The notes: generated by a model from the sequence alone, not told the origin. Shown: positions 35,453 to 49,219, numbered from the stretch's first letter. The stretch: 64,000 nt of DNA from Malacoraja senta (GCA_038087875.1 CM075994.1:11100001-11164000), one strand, 5' to 3'. Made by a program: numbers and translations.

Positions 35453-37194
35453 CAGCGTCTGCCACAGCCACAGTCGCCATGGCCGCCGCCGGTGGAGCGC
35501 TCCTGAACCGGTCCCTAGCGCTTGCCCTTGTCCCCGCCGCCGCCCACCTGGTGCTGGGGCCGCTGCTGCCCGCCGCCTGGGCTCCGGCCGGCCTGGCCGC
35601 GCTGTTACTCGCCGCCTTGGCGCTGGCCCGGGGCCGGGCCCCGCTGCTCCGCTACACGGTCTGCGCCTGCCTACTGCCGCCGCTCTACGCTGCTCTTCGC
35701 CAAGCGCTGAGTCAGCCCCGGCCCCGGCCCCGGCCTCTCCTGGCCGCTCCTCCTGCTCGCACACGCCGTCTCGGCGTTGGCGTTCACCGCCCTGGAGCGG
35801 CTGCCCCGGGCCGCAATATCACCCGGCTCCCTGGTCCCGGCCGCTCCGGCATCTGGCTCCCGATTCCCGGCCGCCCAGGCGCCCGGCTCCCCACAACCTA
35901 ACCCGGAGCCGGACGCGGCCGCCCAGCTCCCCCTGCAGCGGGCCATCACCCGTCGCCTGCTCGCCCTGTCCCGGCCCGACCTGCTCCCGCTCGCCGGCGC
36001 CTTCATCTTCCTCGCACTGGCCGTGATCGGTGAGTGGCGGGGTAGGAGTGGCGGAGTGAGGGAGGGGGGTAAAAGGGATGCGGAGAGGGCGGAGAGGCTC
36101 GGCGAGGGGTCGTGGGGACAGCGATGGAGGGGGACAGGGATGGGAAGGGTCAGGGGAGTGGAAGTGGGGAGGGACAGGGATGGAGGGGGAGGGACTAGGA
36201 TGGAGGGGGAGGAGAGGGGGAGGGGAGGGGGAGGGTGTGAGGTGAGGTCAATAGAGAGAGATCATCGAGAGTGAGGAGGGGCGGAGTGGCTTCTTGGAAT
36301 AACGGGATGCTGTGGGGGTCTGGCTGGGTGTGAGGGAAGGAGGGGTGGAGATGGGAGTGTGGGGATGGGGGGGGATGGGACTTGGAGACAGGGAACAGTG
36401 TGTGGCTGAGCCTGGAGATCGGGAGTGAGGGGAAACGACTGAGCGACCTGAAGTGAGGGTGGAGGCAGCGAGAGTGAGAGGGGAAGGAACGGTGAGGAGA
36501 TTGAGCAAGTGGCAGAACGGTCTGGGACAGAGAGGGTGCGGTGGGGTCTGGGAAGGAGGGAAGAGGACGAGACGGACTGGATCCTGATGGGAGATTCGGA
36601 GTAAGAATTGTAGTAAACCCGGGAGGAGGCGGAGAGATCCAGGGGAACGGGGAATCACGGAGCAGAATGGAAGGAGACATTAGTAACTACAACACCGTTC
36701 CCCTTCTACCCCCTCATCGCCCGCCCTCCTCCCCTCTGCCCAACCTGGACGTACCTATATCTCCTCTTCCCCACCCCTCCCTATCCCCCCCACCTCTCCC
36801 CTTCCCCACCTCCTCCCTCCCCCACCTCTCACCTTCCCCACCTCTCCCCTTCCCCACCCCCACCTCTCCCCTTCCCCACCTCTTACCTTTCCCACCTCTC
36901 CCCTTCCTCTTTCCCCACCCCTCACTCTCCCTCCCCAACCTCCGCCCTCCTCCACCTCTCCCCTTCCTCCTTCCCCACCTCTCCCCTTCCTCCTCCCCCC
37001 TTCCCTTCCACATATAGTCCTTTCTCGAGCTTCACAATTTACCACTCTTCAATCATTTTGTTTCACCTTTCTTTTCATCTGTCGTGTTTGTTAACCATCT
37101 GCCTATCAACTCCCCCTTCCCCACCTGTATGTCCTGTCCCTCTGCTCTTGCAGCTTTCTTCCTCCACACCCCCCCCCCTCCTCCCCTCCCCTCA

Positions 37195-37530
37195 CAATTA
37201 GTCTGAAGAAGGATCTTGACCCAAAACGTCACGTATTCCTGTTCTCTGGAGATGCTGCGTGACCCACTGAGTTATTCCAGTGACAGACGCAAAGTGCTGG
37301 AGCAACTGAGCGGTTCAAGCAACATCTCTGTAGATAAAGGATGGGTGACGTTTTAAGTCAGGACCCTTCTTCAGACGGAGAGAAGGGGGTTGGGGAGGGA
37401 GCTGGAGGCGATAAAAGACCAGGACAAATCAGGGCTGGTAGCAGATGATCTCAAGCAGGGTGGTGGTGCCGTGGTAAGCTAATTGTTGGCTAAGGAAAGT
37501 GTGGTCTCAAGAGGGATACATTGTGGCAAA
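37195..37530. mobile_element. Penelope-derived repeats with two degenerate hammerhead motifs in opposite orientation (duplicate at 50965-51295)
   Basis: CTGAAGA..CCC-AAAACGTC at 37203 (+) and its counterpart at 37345-37375 (-). Confidence 0.65.
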
Positions 37531-38489
37531 CTGTGGAGCTACTTACAGTGGTTACAATGTTACAATGTTACAATGCCTAGTTACAATGGTTACCATGGTA
37601 CCTTATTTGTCACATGTAGTGAGATACAATGAAATTCATTTTTGGATACAGTTCAGTACAGATATCAGTCTTCATAAATACATTTTAGATCAGCATCTCA
37701 GATGCAGTATAAGTGTATAGCAGTACTACTGCTGGGTTGAGAGGATGTTTCCACTTGGAGAGTCTGGGACCATAGGTCATAGCCTCACAATTAAAGTAGG
37801 TTCCTTTAGGAAGGAGATGAGGAGGAATTTCTTTAGTCAGAGGGTGGTGAATTTGTGGAATTCATTACCACAGAAGGCTGTGAACGTCAAGTCAATAGAT
37901 ACAGTATGTTTGAGGCAGAGATAGATATATTCTTGATTAGTACAGGTGTCAGGGGTTATGTGGAGAGGGTAAGGGAATGGGGTTAAGAGGGAGAGATAGA
38001 TCAGCCATGACTGAATTGTGGAGTAGACTTGAAGAGCCGAATGGTCTAATTCTGTCCCTATCACTTATGAACATGATCTTATGTACACTGAGGCAGCACA
38101 ACAATAGTCAACAGTTTTGGCACCATGTTCAAATTCCAGTTGTAAGTGCAGGGATCTTGATCTGACCATGAAGGTCCATTGTTGCAGGGTCGGCCTGGCC
38201 AAGCATAGTGCGTAGTCCTCCACTGCTCCTCCATGGCCGTGCGCCGCATCCGGTCCACGTGCTCAGCCTCTTGGAGCAGCTCCGAGTCCAGCTGAGCCCC
38301 AGGCTGCTGCAGGGCCTCCAGCGGCCCACTCCCCCGTCTAAACACTGCAAACCCTCCCGCAGCCAGTCTGCATTTGGAATCCTCCCACTCTGGGCCGGTG
38401 AGCTGGGCCTTCCAGGCGAGTTCCCGCTACGCGGTAGGTAAGCCGGGACTGCTGGTGGGAGACGGCAAGGAGGGAGGGAGGGGAATGTT

Positions 38490-38980
38490 AGTCCGATAGA
38501 CGCAACAAGCTGGAATAACTCAGCAGGTCAGACAGCATCTCTTGAGAAAAGGAATTGGTGATGTTTCGGATCAAGACTCTTCCTCAGTAAGGTTCAGTAA
38601 GGTTGCTTGAACTGAGAGAATTCAACGTTGATACTGATGGGTTGTAAGCTGCCCAGGTGAAATATGAGGTGCTGTTCCTCCAATTTGTGTGTGGCCTCAC
38701 TGGCAATGGAGGAGGCCCACGACAGAAAGGTCAGTGTAGGAATGGGAAGGGTTGTTAAAATGGTTGGCAACTGAGAGATCACGTAGTCCTCAGCAGATAT
38801 TCCAGCATTGTGTATATTTTCTTAAGCCAGTATCTGCAGTTCCTAGTAACCACGGGCGACGTCAGTGTCCAGGACAATTCGCAATCTGAAGAAGGGTCTC
38901 GACCCAAAATGTCACACATACCCTCTCTCCAGAGATGCTGCCTGTCCCGCTGAGTTATTCCAGCTTTTTGTGTCTATCTA
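38490..38980. mobile_element. Penelope-derived element with inverted termini and a GIY-YIG C-terminal remnant (duplicate at 52258-52745)
   Basis: The ends 38495-38590 and 38885-38980 are inverted repeats with hammerhead-like cores. The internal minus-strand text KLEEQHLIFHLGSLQP is homologous to 22430-22500. Confidence 0.75.
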
Positions 38981-40559
38981 GTGTCCAGGACAAAGCAGTT
39001 GTGGAGTGATCAAGGTACAGGGCTGTAAGGGAATCCTGCATGTTGCCAGGACATGTGCAACCACACATCTCCTCTGAATATTGATCCACTCCTCAAACCT
39101 ATGCTCTTTAGTATTTTATATTTCCATTCTGGGAATCTGACTATCTACTCTGTGGTGCGACATGATGCACTGTGGAAGATTACACCCTTCCTCCCTCTCT
39201 CCTCCCTCTCTCCCATGCATCCCCTCTTTCTCCCACACTCCTCACCCACACCCTTCACCCCTCAACCTCTCTCACCCCTCACCCCTCATCCCTCACCCTC
39301 CCACACCTCACCCCCTCACCGTCCCACACCCCTCACCCTCCCACACCCTCACCCCTCACCCTCTCAACCTTCACCCTCCAACACCCCTCACCCTCCCACA
39401 GCCTCACCCTCCCACATCCCTCACCCCCTCACCCTCCCACCCCCTCACCCTCCTACACCGCTCACCATCCCACCCCTTCATTCCTCCTCCTCCACTACCC
39501 CTCACCCCCGCCTCCACTAGCCCTCACGCTCCCCTACCCCTCATCCTCCAAAACCTTCACCCATATCGCTTTCACACCCCACACCCATCCACACCCCTCA
39601 CACTCCCCTGCCCCTCACCCCCTCCCTCACCCCTCATCCTCCCTCACCCCGTCACCTACCCCTCACCCACACCCCTCCTAAACCCCTCACCCTCACACCC
39701 CTTACCCTCCTACACCCCACACCCCTCACCCACGCCCATGAGCATCCCGTGCGCTTCACGTACACCCCTCAGCCACCCCACACACCTCACCCACACACTC
39801 TGCACCCACCCACACCACACATACCCACACCACCCACATCCATCACACACACCCCTCCCCCTCACCCTCCAACATCCCTCACCCATATAACCCAACCTCT
39901 CACCCACCCCTCTCTCTTCACCCACCCCTCTCCCCACCGCATCCTCTTCCCACCCCTTCCTCTAACCATCCCACCCCCTGTACCCCTCTCCCTCTCCCTC
40001 TCCCTCTCCCTCTTCCCTTGTGAACTTCTCCCTCCTCTGTTTGCCTCGTGATCATCCATTCTCGTTTGCGCTCGCTGTGCGTGTTGCCCCTTCCCCGTTG
40101 TCCGTGTACTGCCACACTTCCCTTTTCCTCTGCTGGGTTTAATCAGTTCTCTCTACTCCATTCCAGGGGGGATGCTTGTCCCCTATTACACGGGTAAGGT
40201 GATCGACATCCTGGGCTCCCAGTACGACCAGCGAATCTTCCTCTTTGCCATATTCTGCATGTGTGCCACATCCATGGGAAGGTGAATATTGCAGAGCGGA
40301 CCAGCCTCCACAACACTGACGAGCGGGCGAAGGGAGGGGTGGGTGGGGGTGGGAGGGGGTAGTGGAGGGGGTGAGGGTAGTGGAGAGGGTGGTTGGAGGG
40401 GTGGGTGGGGAGGGGGTGTGGTGAGAGGGGGTCGTGGTGGTGGTGGTGGTGGGAGGGTGTGTGGGAGATGGTGGGGCAGGTGGTGGGGGTAGGGTCATGT
40501 TCATAAGTTATAGGAGCAAAATCAGGCCAATCGGCCCATCCTTCTGAACTTTCTGAATT

Positions 40560-40826
40560 TTGTAGTCGGCAGGGAAGTACTCTGCATATCGCCAACTTGG
40601 ACAATTTTACATTTTTTATCAAGCCAATATAAGCCAATTAACCTACAAACCTGTATGTCTTTGCAGTGTGGGAGGAAACCTAAGTTCTCGGAGAAAACCC
40701 ACGCAGATCACGGGAAGAACGTACTAACTGCATACAGACAGCACCCGTAGTCGGGATCGAACCCGGGTCTCTGGCGCTGCATTTTGCTGTAAGGCAGCAA
40801 CTCTACCGCTGTGCCACTGACTGCCC
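40560..40826 (-). mobile_element. tRNA-derived HE1/V-SINE-type SINE (duplicate at ~54315-54580)
   Basis: A box TGGCACAGCGG, B box GGTTCGATCC, and a V-domain-like GCGTGGGTTTTCTCC..GGTTTCCTCCCAC. Confidence 0.8.
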
Positions 40827-41397
40827 TCAAGTATACTCTGCCATTCAATCATGGCTGATCTATCTCTCCCTCTTAACCCCATTGTCCTGCCTTCTCCCCA
40901 TAACACCTTGACACCCGTGCTAATCAGGAATCTATCTATCTCTGTCTTAAAAATATCCATTGACCTGGCCCCCACAGCCATCCAGAGCAATGAATTCCAC
41001 AGATTCACCACCCTCTGACTAAATAAATTCCTCCTCATCTCCTTTCTAGAGAAATGTCCTTTAATTCTGAGGGTGTGCCCTCTAGTCCTGGACTCTCCGA
41101 CTAGTGGAAACATCCTCTCCACATCCACTCTATCCAAGCCTTTCACTATTCGGGGGGGAAGGAGGTCCCGGGACAAGGCACATATTCACCCCCAATGAAC
41201 AGAGGCTGGCCACGACGTTCCCAGCCAGGACAGATGGAGACAGTGAGTCTGACTGTGGCCAGACCAGACAGACCCACCGTGACTGTGTGGGCTTCCTCCG
41301 GGTGCTCCGGTTTCTTCCCACCTCCCTCAGTAAGTTGCCCCTGCAAGACTCGCGGGTCCAGTAATTAGCCGTGCCAGTCAGTGGCTGAACCAGACGC

Positions 41398-41890
41398 GGG
41401 CAGCACAACGGCGCAGCCAGAGAAACGGGTTTGATCCTGACCTTGGGTGCTCTCTGTGTTGTTAGTGATTGCGTGGGTTTTCTCCAGGTGCTCCGGTTTC
41501 CTCCCACATCCCAAAGACGTCCGGGTTTGTAGGTGGTATAGGAAGGATCTGCAGTTGCTGGTTTAAAACAAAGATAGACACAAAACGCTGGAGTAACTCA
41601 GTGGGTCAGACAGCATATCTGGAGAAAAGGAATAGGTGACTTTTCGGGTCGGAAGAAGGGTCTCACCCGAAACATCACCTCTTCCTTTTGTCCAGAGATG
41701 CTGTCTGACTCGCTGAGTTACTCCAGCTTTTTGTGTCTATCTTCAGGAGTGTAGGTTATTTGGCCTCTCTTAATTACTGTTTGTGTGTGGGGAGTGGGTG
41801 AGAAACTGGGATAACAGAGAACTAGTGGGGACGGGTGATCGACGATGAGCATGGACTTGGTGGGCCGCAGGGCATGTTTCTGAGCGGTAT
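41398..41890 (+). mobile_element. HE1/V-SINE-type SINE interrupted by a Penelope-derived fold-back (41535-41745); duplicate at ~55150-55645
   Basis: B-box-like GGTTTGATCC, V-domain, and a CR1-like tail TGGGCCGCAGGGCATGTTTC. The insertion is a long inverted repeat. Confidence 0.7.
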
Positions 41891-43133
41891 CTTTGAAAAT
41901 AAAGAGCAAGGAGGTCGTGGGGTCTACCACTGACACTGAGACTAACTCAGACACTGAACGTGGGACTTGTTTTGTCAGTTCCATTGCAGCCGGTGTGCGC
42001 GGAGGCCTCTTCATGTTCACCATGTCCAGGCTCAGCAGACGCATTCGTAGTCAGCTCTTCTCCTCCCTGGTGCAGCAGGAGATCGCATTCTTTGACGCCA
42101 TCAAGACTGGTAAGGATACAGCGACGCTGCCCAATATCACTGCAGCCACCTGGTGATGTGAGGCTGCCATTAGTCATACACACACACAAGGTGCTGGACA
42201 AGATGGGCTGAAGGGCCTGTTTGTATGCTCTATAGATTTGAGACTCGAATAATTCTAGAATAGTGAAATGCCAGGATAGAGTGAATGTGGAGAGGACGTT
42301 TCCACTAACGGGAGCGTCTAGGATGAGAGGCCGTAGCCTTAGAATAAAAGGACGTTCCTTTGGACGAGATGAGAACGGATTTCTTCAGTCAAAGGGTGGT
42401 GAATCTGCAGAATTCATTGCTACGGGCAGCTATGGAGGCCAATAGACATTTTTAAGGTGGAGATTGATAGGTTCATTGGTACATGTGTCAGAGGGTAGGG
42501 GAGAATTCAGGAGAATGGGGTTGAGAGGGAAAGATAAATCATCCATGATTGAATGGCAGAGTAGACTTGATGGGCCGAACGGCCTAATCCTGCTCCTAGA
42601 AATTATGAACATATGAGACTTTATTAGGCCTCCTCCCTGAAGAATTATAATAGGATCTTGATCAGCTGGTCATATGGGCTGAGGAATGGCTGATGGTGAT
42701 AAGTGCAAGGTTTTGTAGTATGGGATGTCAAACCAGGGCAGGACCTTTGTAGTCAATGGTAGGGCCTTGAAAGATGTGTAGAGCAGAGGGATGTAGGACT
42801 GCAAATACGTAGTCCCCAAAATGGTGTTGTAAGTAGATTGGGCGTTGAGCTTAACATCTGTTGTTGTAAAGTTACTGGAGAGTATTCTGATGGATAGGAT
42901 TAATAGGCATTTAGATGAACAAGGGCTGATTCGGGATAGTCAGCATGGAATTGTATGTGGGAGGTCATATCTCACGAATCTGATTACGTTTTTTGAAGAT
43001 GTGACCAAAAAGGTTGATGAGATGGAAATGGCCCTTTCTTTGGAAAGTGAATCAAAATGTCACACGTGTGACTAGACATATTTGACCTCCTTCCCAAAAC
43101 AAACATTGTCAGCATCTTCTATCTATATTTAAA

Positions 43134-43330
<197 letters not shown>

Positions 43331-43759
43331 CTGCGTGTCTTGTGGCTGCCAGCCTTTGATTTCTCGCTACGCCAACACCACACGCAGAAACGCCGAGATT
43401 TTTTGCATTTCGGTAGAGATTTCACTTTTCATTCCGAGTAGCCACTCCTAATTACATTTCGTCGTGTTTATGTACACATTTTTAATAAAATCCTTCTCCG
43501 CCTCCCCCAAAATTTCAAAATGTAAAAAAAAAAAACAGCTCTCACCTATAGAATGTTGGTGAACGTTCCATCGTGTGATGTCACAATGCCCAATGCTCAC
43601 ATATGTCCAATCGGAATGGATCCATTTACATATGCCTTTGCACAGCCCCAGCCCCAGCCCCTCCACCCCACCCCCGCAGCCTGTGTCGAAGCGCGTCATC
43701 ACGTGTGTGGGAATAGCGAAAGAGGATTGGGGGTGATAGGGAATGGGGAACAGATGGAC

Positions 43760-44760
43760 TGTCCCTACCCCACCCCCTTCCACTCTCCCTCCACACTATT
43801 TCCTCTCTCCCCCCACCCCCTCTCCCCCTCCCTCCACACTCTTTCCCCTCCCTCCCCTACCCCATCTCACTCCTCCCCACTCTCCTCCCCTCCCCACACC
43901 TCTCTGCCCCTCCCCATCCCTCTCTCCCTCCCCTCCACATCCCTCTCTCCCCCCCTCTCCATCTCCCTCTCCTCCCCCTCTCCCTCTCCTCCCCCTCCTC
44001 CTCCCACCTCCATCCCTCTCTCCCCACCCCCCTTCCCTCTCCCCCTTCCTCCCCCACCCACCCCCTTCCCTCTCCCCCAACCCCCACCCCCACCCCCTTC
44101 CTACCCCCACCCCCGTCCCTCTCTCCCCCACCCCCTTCCCCCTCCCCACTCTTCCCCCTCCATCCACACTCTTCCCCCTCTACCCCTACCCCATCTCCCT
44201 CCTCGCCTCCCTCCCTTCCTCCACACTTCTCTCCCCATCCCCTCTCTCCTCCCCATCCCCACCCCTCTCTCCTACCCCTCTCCATCTCCTTCTCCATCTC
44301 CCTCTCCTCACCTCACCCCCTCTCCTCCCCCTCCGCCTCCCACCTCCATCCCTCTCTCCCCCACCCCCCTTCCCTCTCTACCCCACCAATTTCCCTCTCT
44401 CCCCCACCCCTTTCCCCTACCCCTCTGTCCCTCTTCGTCCACTCCCCCTACCCCTCCCTCCCCACTCTTGCACTTCTCTCCCCCTTACCCCACCCCTCTC
44501 CCTCTCCCTCCCGCACCCCTCTCTCTCCCTCTCCCTTCCACCTCCCTCCCCTCTCTCCCCACCCCCTTCTCCATTCACAACCTCCCTCCTCTACCCCATC
44601 TCCCTAATCCCCTCCCTCTTCCATCCCTTCCCCCTCCCCCACACCTCTCACCCTCCCCATCCCTCTCCCCCCACCCCCTTCTCTCTCTCCACCCCTTCCC
44701 TCTATCCCCCACCCCCTTCCCACTCCCCCACTCTTCCCCCTCCCTACACACTCCCTCCAA
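43760..44760. repeat. C/T-rich low-complexity tract (shorter duplicate at 57475-58125)
   Basis: Polypyrimidine runs that generate the Pro/Ser-rich ORFs. Confidence 0.9.
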
Positions 44761-45536
44761 GTCCATAACGTGGACTTCAGCTAAGCATTCGACAAGATTC
44801 CACATGGTAGGCTGCTGTGGGAGGGTAGATTGCAGGGGATCCAAGGAGAGGTAGATAGCTGAATGGATTGAAAATTAGCTTCATTGAAGGAAGCAGAGGG
44901 TGATGGTGGAACGTTGCTCCTCGGACTGGAGGCATGTGACTAGTGGGGTGCCTCCGGGTTTGGTGCTGGGCCCATTACTGTTAGTCATCTATATCAATGA
45001 TTTGGATGAGAATGTAACATGGCAAGATTAGCAAGTTTGCCGATGATTTTAAGAAAGTGAGTGGTATTGCAGATAATGAAATGGTTGTGAAAATTTGCAG
45101 CAGGATTTGGATCGATTGGCCAGGTGGGTGGAAGAAGAGTTGATGGAATTTAAGACAGAGATATGTGAGATTCTACATTTTGGAAAGTCTAACATGGGCA
45201 GGACCTACACAGTGAATGGTAGGACTCTGGGGAGTGCTGTGGAGTAGAGGGATTTCGAGGGCCTGAGCTATAAAGAGAGGTTGAGTAGGCTGGAGTTTAT
45301 TCTTTGGAGCGCAGGAGGATGAGGGGTGATCTTATAGAGGTGTATAAATCATGAGGTATAGATGGGGTAGATGCACAGTCTCTTGCCAAGAGCCTTGTTG
45401 AGGTGAAGTGCCCTGGTGAGTAATGTGCAAGTCTTTGGGCTCAAGAGTCTTCGGCGAGGAGGGTGAGGCAAGGAGGCTACACTTGTTTGAAATTGTGACT
45501 TTTTTCTTCTGAAGAAATGGCAGGCAAGTTGGAACA

Positions 45537-45736
45537 NNNNNNNNNNNNNNNNNNNNNNNNNNNNNNNNNNNNNNNNNNNNNNNNNNNNNNNNNNNNNNNN
45601 NNNNNNNNNNNNNNNNNNNNNNNNNNNNNNNNNNNNNNNNNNNNNNNNNNNNNNNNNNNNNNNNNNNNNNNNNNNNNNNNNNNNNNNNNNNNNNNNNNNN
45701 NNNNNNNNNNNNNNNNNNNNNNNNNNNNNNNNNNNN
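45537..45736. other. Assembly gap (200 N)
   Basis: Run of N. Confidence 1.
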
Positions 45737-48358
45737 ACTCCAGATTGTACAAGCCGAGGCCTATCCATTCTCTCAGCATATGACAGGTCCCGCCATCGCG
45801 GGACTTAACCTTGTAACACAATACTCCAGGTGTGGTCTCACTAGGGCTCTGTTACAAAAAAAACTGCAGAAGGACCTCTTTGCTCCTATACTCGAATCCT
45901 CTTGTTATAAAGGCCAACATGCCATTCGCTTTCTTCACTGCCTGCTGTACCTGCTTGCTTAATTTCATGGACTGATGAACAAGGACCCCCCAGATCCCGT
46001 TCTACTTCCCCTTTTCCCAACTTGACGCAATTTAGAAAGTAATCTGCCTTCCTTTCTTGATATCAAAGTGGATAACCTCACATGTATCCACGTTAAACTT
46101 CATCTGCCATGCATCTGCCCACTCCCCCAACCTGTCCAAGTCACCCTGCATTCTCATAGCATCCTCCTCACAGTTCACACTCCCACCCAGCTTTGTGTCA
46201 TCTGCAAATTTGCTAATGTTACTTTGAATTCCTTCATCCAAATCATTGATACATATTGTAAATAGCTGCGGTCCCAGCACCGAGCCTTGCGGTACCCCAC
46301 TAGTCACTGCCTGCCATTCAGAACGGGACCTGTTAATCCCTACTCTTTGTTTCCTGTCTGCCAACCAATTTTCTATCCATATCAGCACTCTACCCCTAAT
46401 TTCGCCCACAAATCTCCTATGTGGGACCTTATCAAATGCTTTCTGAAAGTCTAGGTACACTACATCCACTGGCTCTCCCTTGTCCATTTTCCTAGTTACA
46501 TCCTCAAAAAATTCCAGAAGATTAGTCAAGCATGATTTCCCCTTCGTAAATCCACGCTGACTCGGACCGAGCCTGTTACTGCTATCCAAATGTGTGGCTA
46601 TTTCATATTTTATAATTGACTCCAGCATCTTCCCCAACACCGATGTCAGGCTAACTAGTCTATAATTCCCTGTTTTCTCTCTCCCGCCTTTCTTGAAAAA
46701 GTAGGATAACTTTAGCTACCCTCCAATCCACAGGAACTGATCCTGAGTCTACAGAACATTGGAAAAATTATCACCAATGCATCCTCGATTTCTAGAGCCA
46801 CTTCCTTAAGTACCCTGGGATGCAGACCATCTGGCCCTGGGGATTTATCAGCCTTTAGTCCCGTGAGTCTACCCAACACCATTTCCTGCCTAATGTGGAT
46901 TTCTTTCAGTTCCTCCGTCACCCCAGATCATCTGGCCACCAATATATCAGGAAGATTGTTTGTGTCTTCCTTAGTGAAGACGGATCCAAAGTACCTGTTC
47001 AACTCATCTGCCATTTCCTTGTTCCCCATAATAAATTCAACTTTTTCGGTCTTCAAAGGTCCAACTTAGGTATTAACTAATGTTTTCCTCTTCACATACC
47101 TAAAGAAGCCTTTACTGTCCTGCTTTATATTCTTGGCTAGCTGACCTTCGTACCTCATCTTTTCTCCCCCTATTGTCTTTTTAGTTATCTTCTGTTGCTC
47201 TTTAAACATTACCCAATCCTCTTGTTTTCCGCTCATCTTTGCTACGTTGTGCTTCTTCTCTTTTATTTTTATACTGTCTCTGACGTCCCTTGTCAGCCAC
47301 GGTCGCCCATTACTCCTCTTGGAATCTTTCTTCCTCTTGGAAATGAACTGATCCTGCACCATCTGTATTATTTCTAGAAATACCTGCCATTGTTGTTCCA
47401 CTGTCATCCCTGCTAGGGTATCTGCCAGACAACTTTGGCCAGCACCTCCCTCATGGCTCCATAGTCCCCTTTATTCAACTGTAACACTGACACCTCCGAT
47501 CTGCCCTTCTCCCTTTCCAATTGTAGATTAAACCTGACCATATTATTGTCACTACCTCCTAATAGCTCCTTAACCTCAAGTTCCTTTATCAAATCCGGTT
47601 CATTACATAACACTAAATCCAGAATTGCCTTCTCCCTGGTAGGCTCCAATACAAGCTGCTCCAAGAATCCATCACGAAGGCACTCCACAAACTCCCTTTC
47701 TTGGGGTCTAGTACCAACCCGATTTTCCCAGTCTACCTGCATGATGAAATCTCCCATAACAACCACAGCATTCCCTTTACTACATGCCAATTTCAACTCC
47801 TGATTCAACTTGAACCCTATATCCAGGCTACTGTTTGGGGGCCTGTAGATAAGTCCCATTAGGGTATTTTTTACCCTTACAATTCCTTAGTTCTATTCAT
47901 ACTGACACCACATCTCCTGTTTCAATGTCACCCCTTGCAAGGGACTGAATTTCATTCCTCACCAACAGAGCTACCCCACCCCCTCAGCCCACCTGTCTGT
48001 CTTTTCGATAGGAGGTATACCCTTGGATATTAAGTACCCAGCCCTGGCCCTCTTGCAGCCATGTCTCAGTAATTCCCACAATATCATACTTGCCAATTTC
48101 TAACTGAGCCTCAAGCTCGTCCACTCTATTTCTTATACTTCGCGCATTCATATACAACACTTTGACCTCCGTATTCACGTTCCCCCTCGCACCGCTCGCA
48201 ATTGGCCCTGACCTTACTCTTATATCCCTTCTCGAACTTTGCTTCCCATTAATTCGAGAAGCTTTTGTAATTTTTCCTGTAGCCACCCCCCTTCAACTCC
48301 ATCTTTATACTCCCAATTTTTCAATCCCTCCTCCCCCCCCCCCCCCACACTATTTAGT
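45737..48358 (-). mobile_element. CR1 LINE ORF2 (APE to RT), decayed
   Basis: RT ORF 46032-46640 (YLDFQKAFDKVPH, GVPQGSVLGP, KFADDTKL) and APE ORFs 47413-48286. Confidence 0.93.
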
Positions 48359-49208
48359 CAAACACAGCAAACAAGACTGGCTGAGGAAGGGTCTGTGGTT
48401 GGCATGGACGAGTTAGGCTGAAGGCCCCGTCTCCGTGCAATAAAAGTCTGATTTTATTTATCTGCGATCACTCTCATTTCCTGCTTCATATTTACTCAGG
48501 CCACTGCTGCCTCTCCCTTGTCAGTGAAATGCACAAAATGGCTGCACATTACTGACGAAACAAGCGGAGAGGTTTGTTTCAAAAATAAACTTTATTCAGA
48601 ATTAAAAATATATACGAAACAACAACTGTGCAAAAACTCTTCAATAAGCTCATTCTTAGTAGTGTTCGCACCTATCTTTAAACAAACCCCTTGCCTCTCA
48701 TGAGGTGGGGAGAGAGAGACGGGGGGTGGTGGAGAGAGACGGGGGATGGGGAGAGAGACGGGGGGGTGGGGGAGAGAGACGAGGGGATGGGGAGTGGGGA
48801 GTAAGAGAAGGGGGTGGGGGGAAAGAGACGGGGGAAGGGAGGTGGGGGGGAAAGATACGGGGGGACGGGTTGTGGGAACGAGACGGGGGGAGAGAGATGG
48901 GGGTAGGGGAGAGAAGCGGGAGGTGGGTAAGGGAGTGAGATGGGAGGGCGGGTAGGGGAGTGAGCCGGAGGGGTGAGGGATAGGGGCGTGAGACGGTGGG
49001 GGGTAGGGGAGCGATACGGGGGGAGGTGGTAGGGTAATGAGACGGGGGGTGGTAGGGGAGTGAGACGGGGGTTGGTAATGGACTGAGAAGGAGGGGGGAT
49101 TAAGGGAGTGAGACGGGGGGGTGAGGGTAGCGGAGTGAGACGGGGAGGTGGCTGTGGTGGGCCGGGGTTGTGTGGGGCCGGGGCTACTCCTCTCGTCGCG
49201 GCGGCAAC

Positions 49209-49219
49209 GAAAGTGAAAG
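49209..49219 (+). promoter_or_regulatory. ISRE/IRF element of TAP2-like copy 2
   Basis: GAAAGTGAAAG upstream of the ATG at 49246. Confidence 0.7.

Larger units (their letters stand above)
35479..42109 (+). pseudogene. TAP2: TAP2 (ABCB3)-like peptide transporter, coding exons 1-3, copy 1: 35479-36029, 40167-40281, 41979-42109; exon 1 frameshift
   Basis: RRLLALSRPDLLPLAGAFIFLALAVIG|GMLVPYYTGKVIDILGSQYDQRIFLFAIFCMCATSMGS|SIAAGVRGGLFMFTMSRLSRRIRSQLFSSLVQQEIAFFDAIKTG. GT-AG sites have compatible phases, and the 115 and 131 nt exons match my recollection of TAP gene structure. The ATG frame stops at 35899-35901. Confidence 0.85.

Noticed and set aside
35655..35716. Small intron rescuing the TAP2 exon 1 frameshift
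   Set aside because: The candidate GT..AG (35659-35715) is 57 nt and keeps the same frame, and GTCAG is too short to be an intron.
40740..40826. tRNA gene
   Set aside because: The A and B boxes belong to a SINE head followed by a V-domain, and no full cloverleaf is evident.
35479..42109. Assignment as TAP1 or ABCB9 (TAPL)
   Set aside because: LSRPDL, VIDILG, TMSR, QLFSSL and KTG fit TAP2 better from recalled sequences. A phylogeny is needed to be certain.
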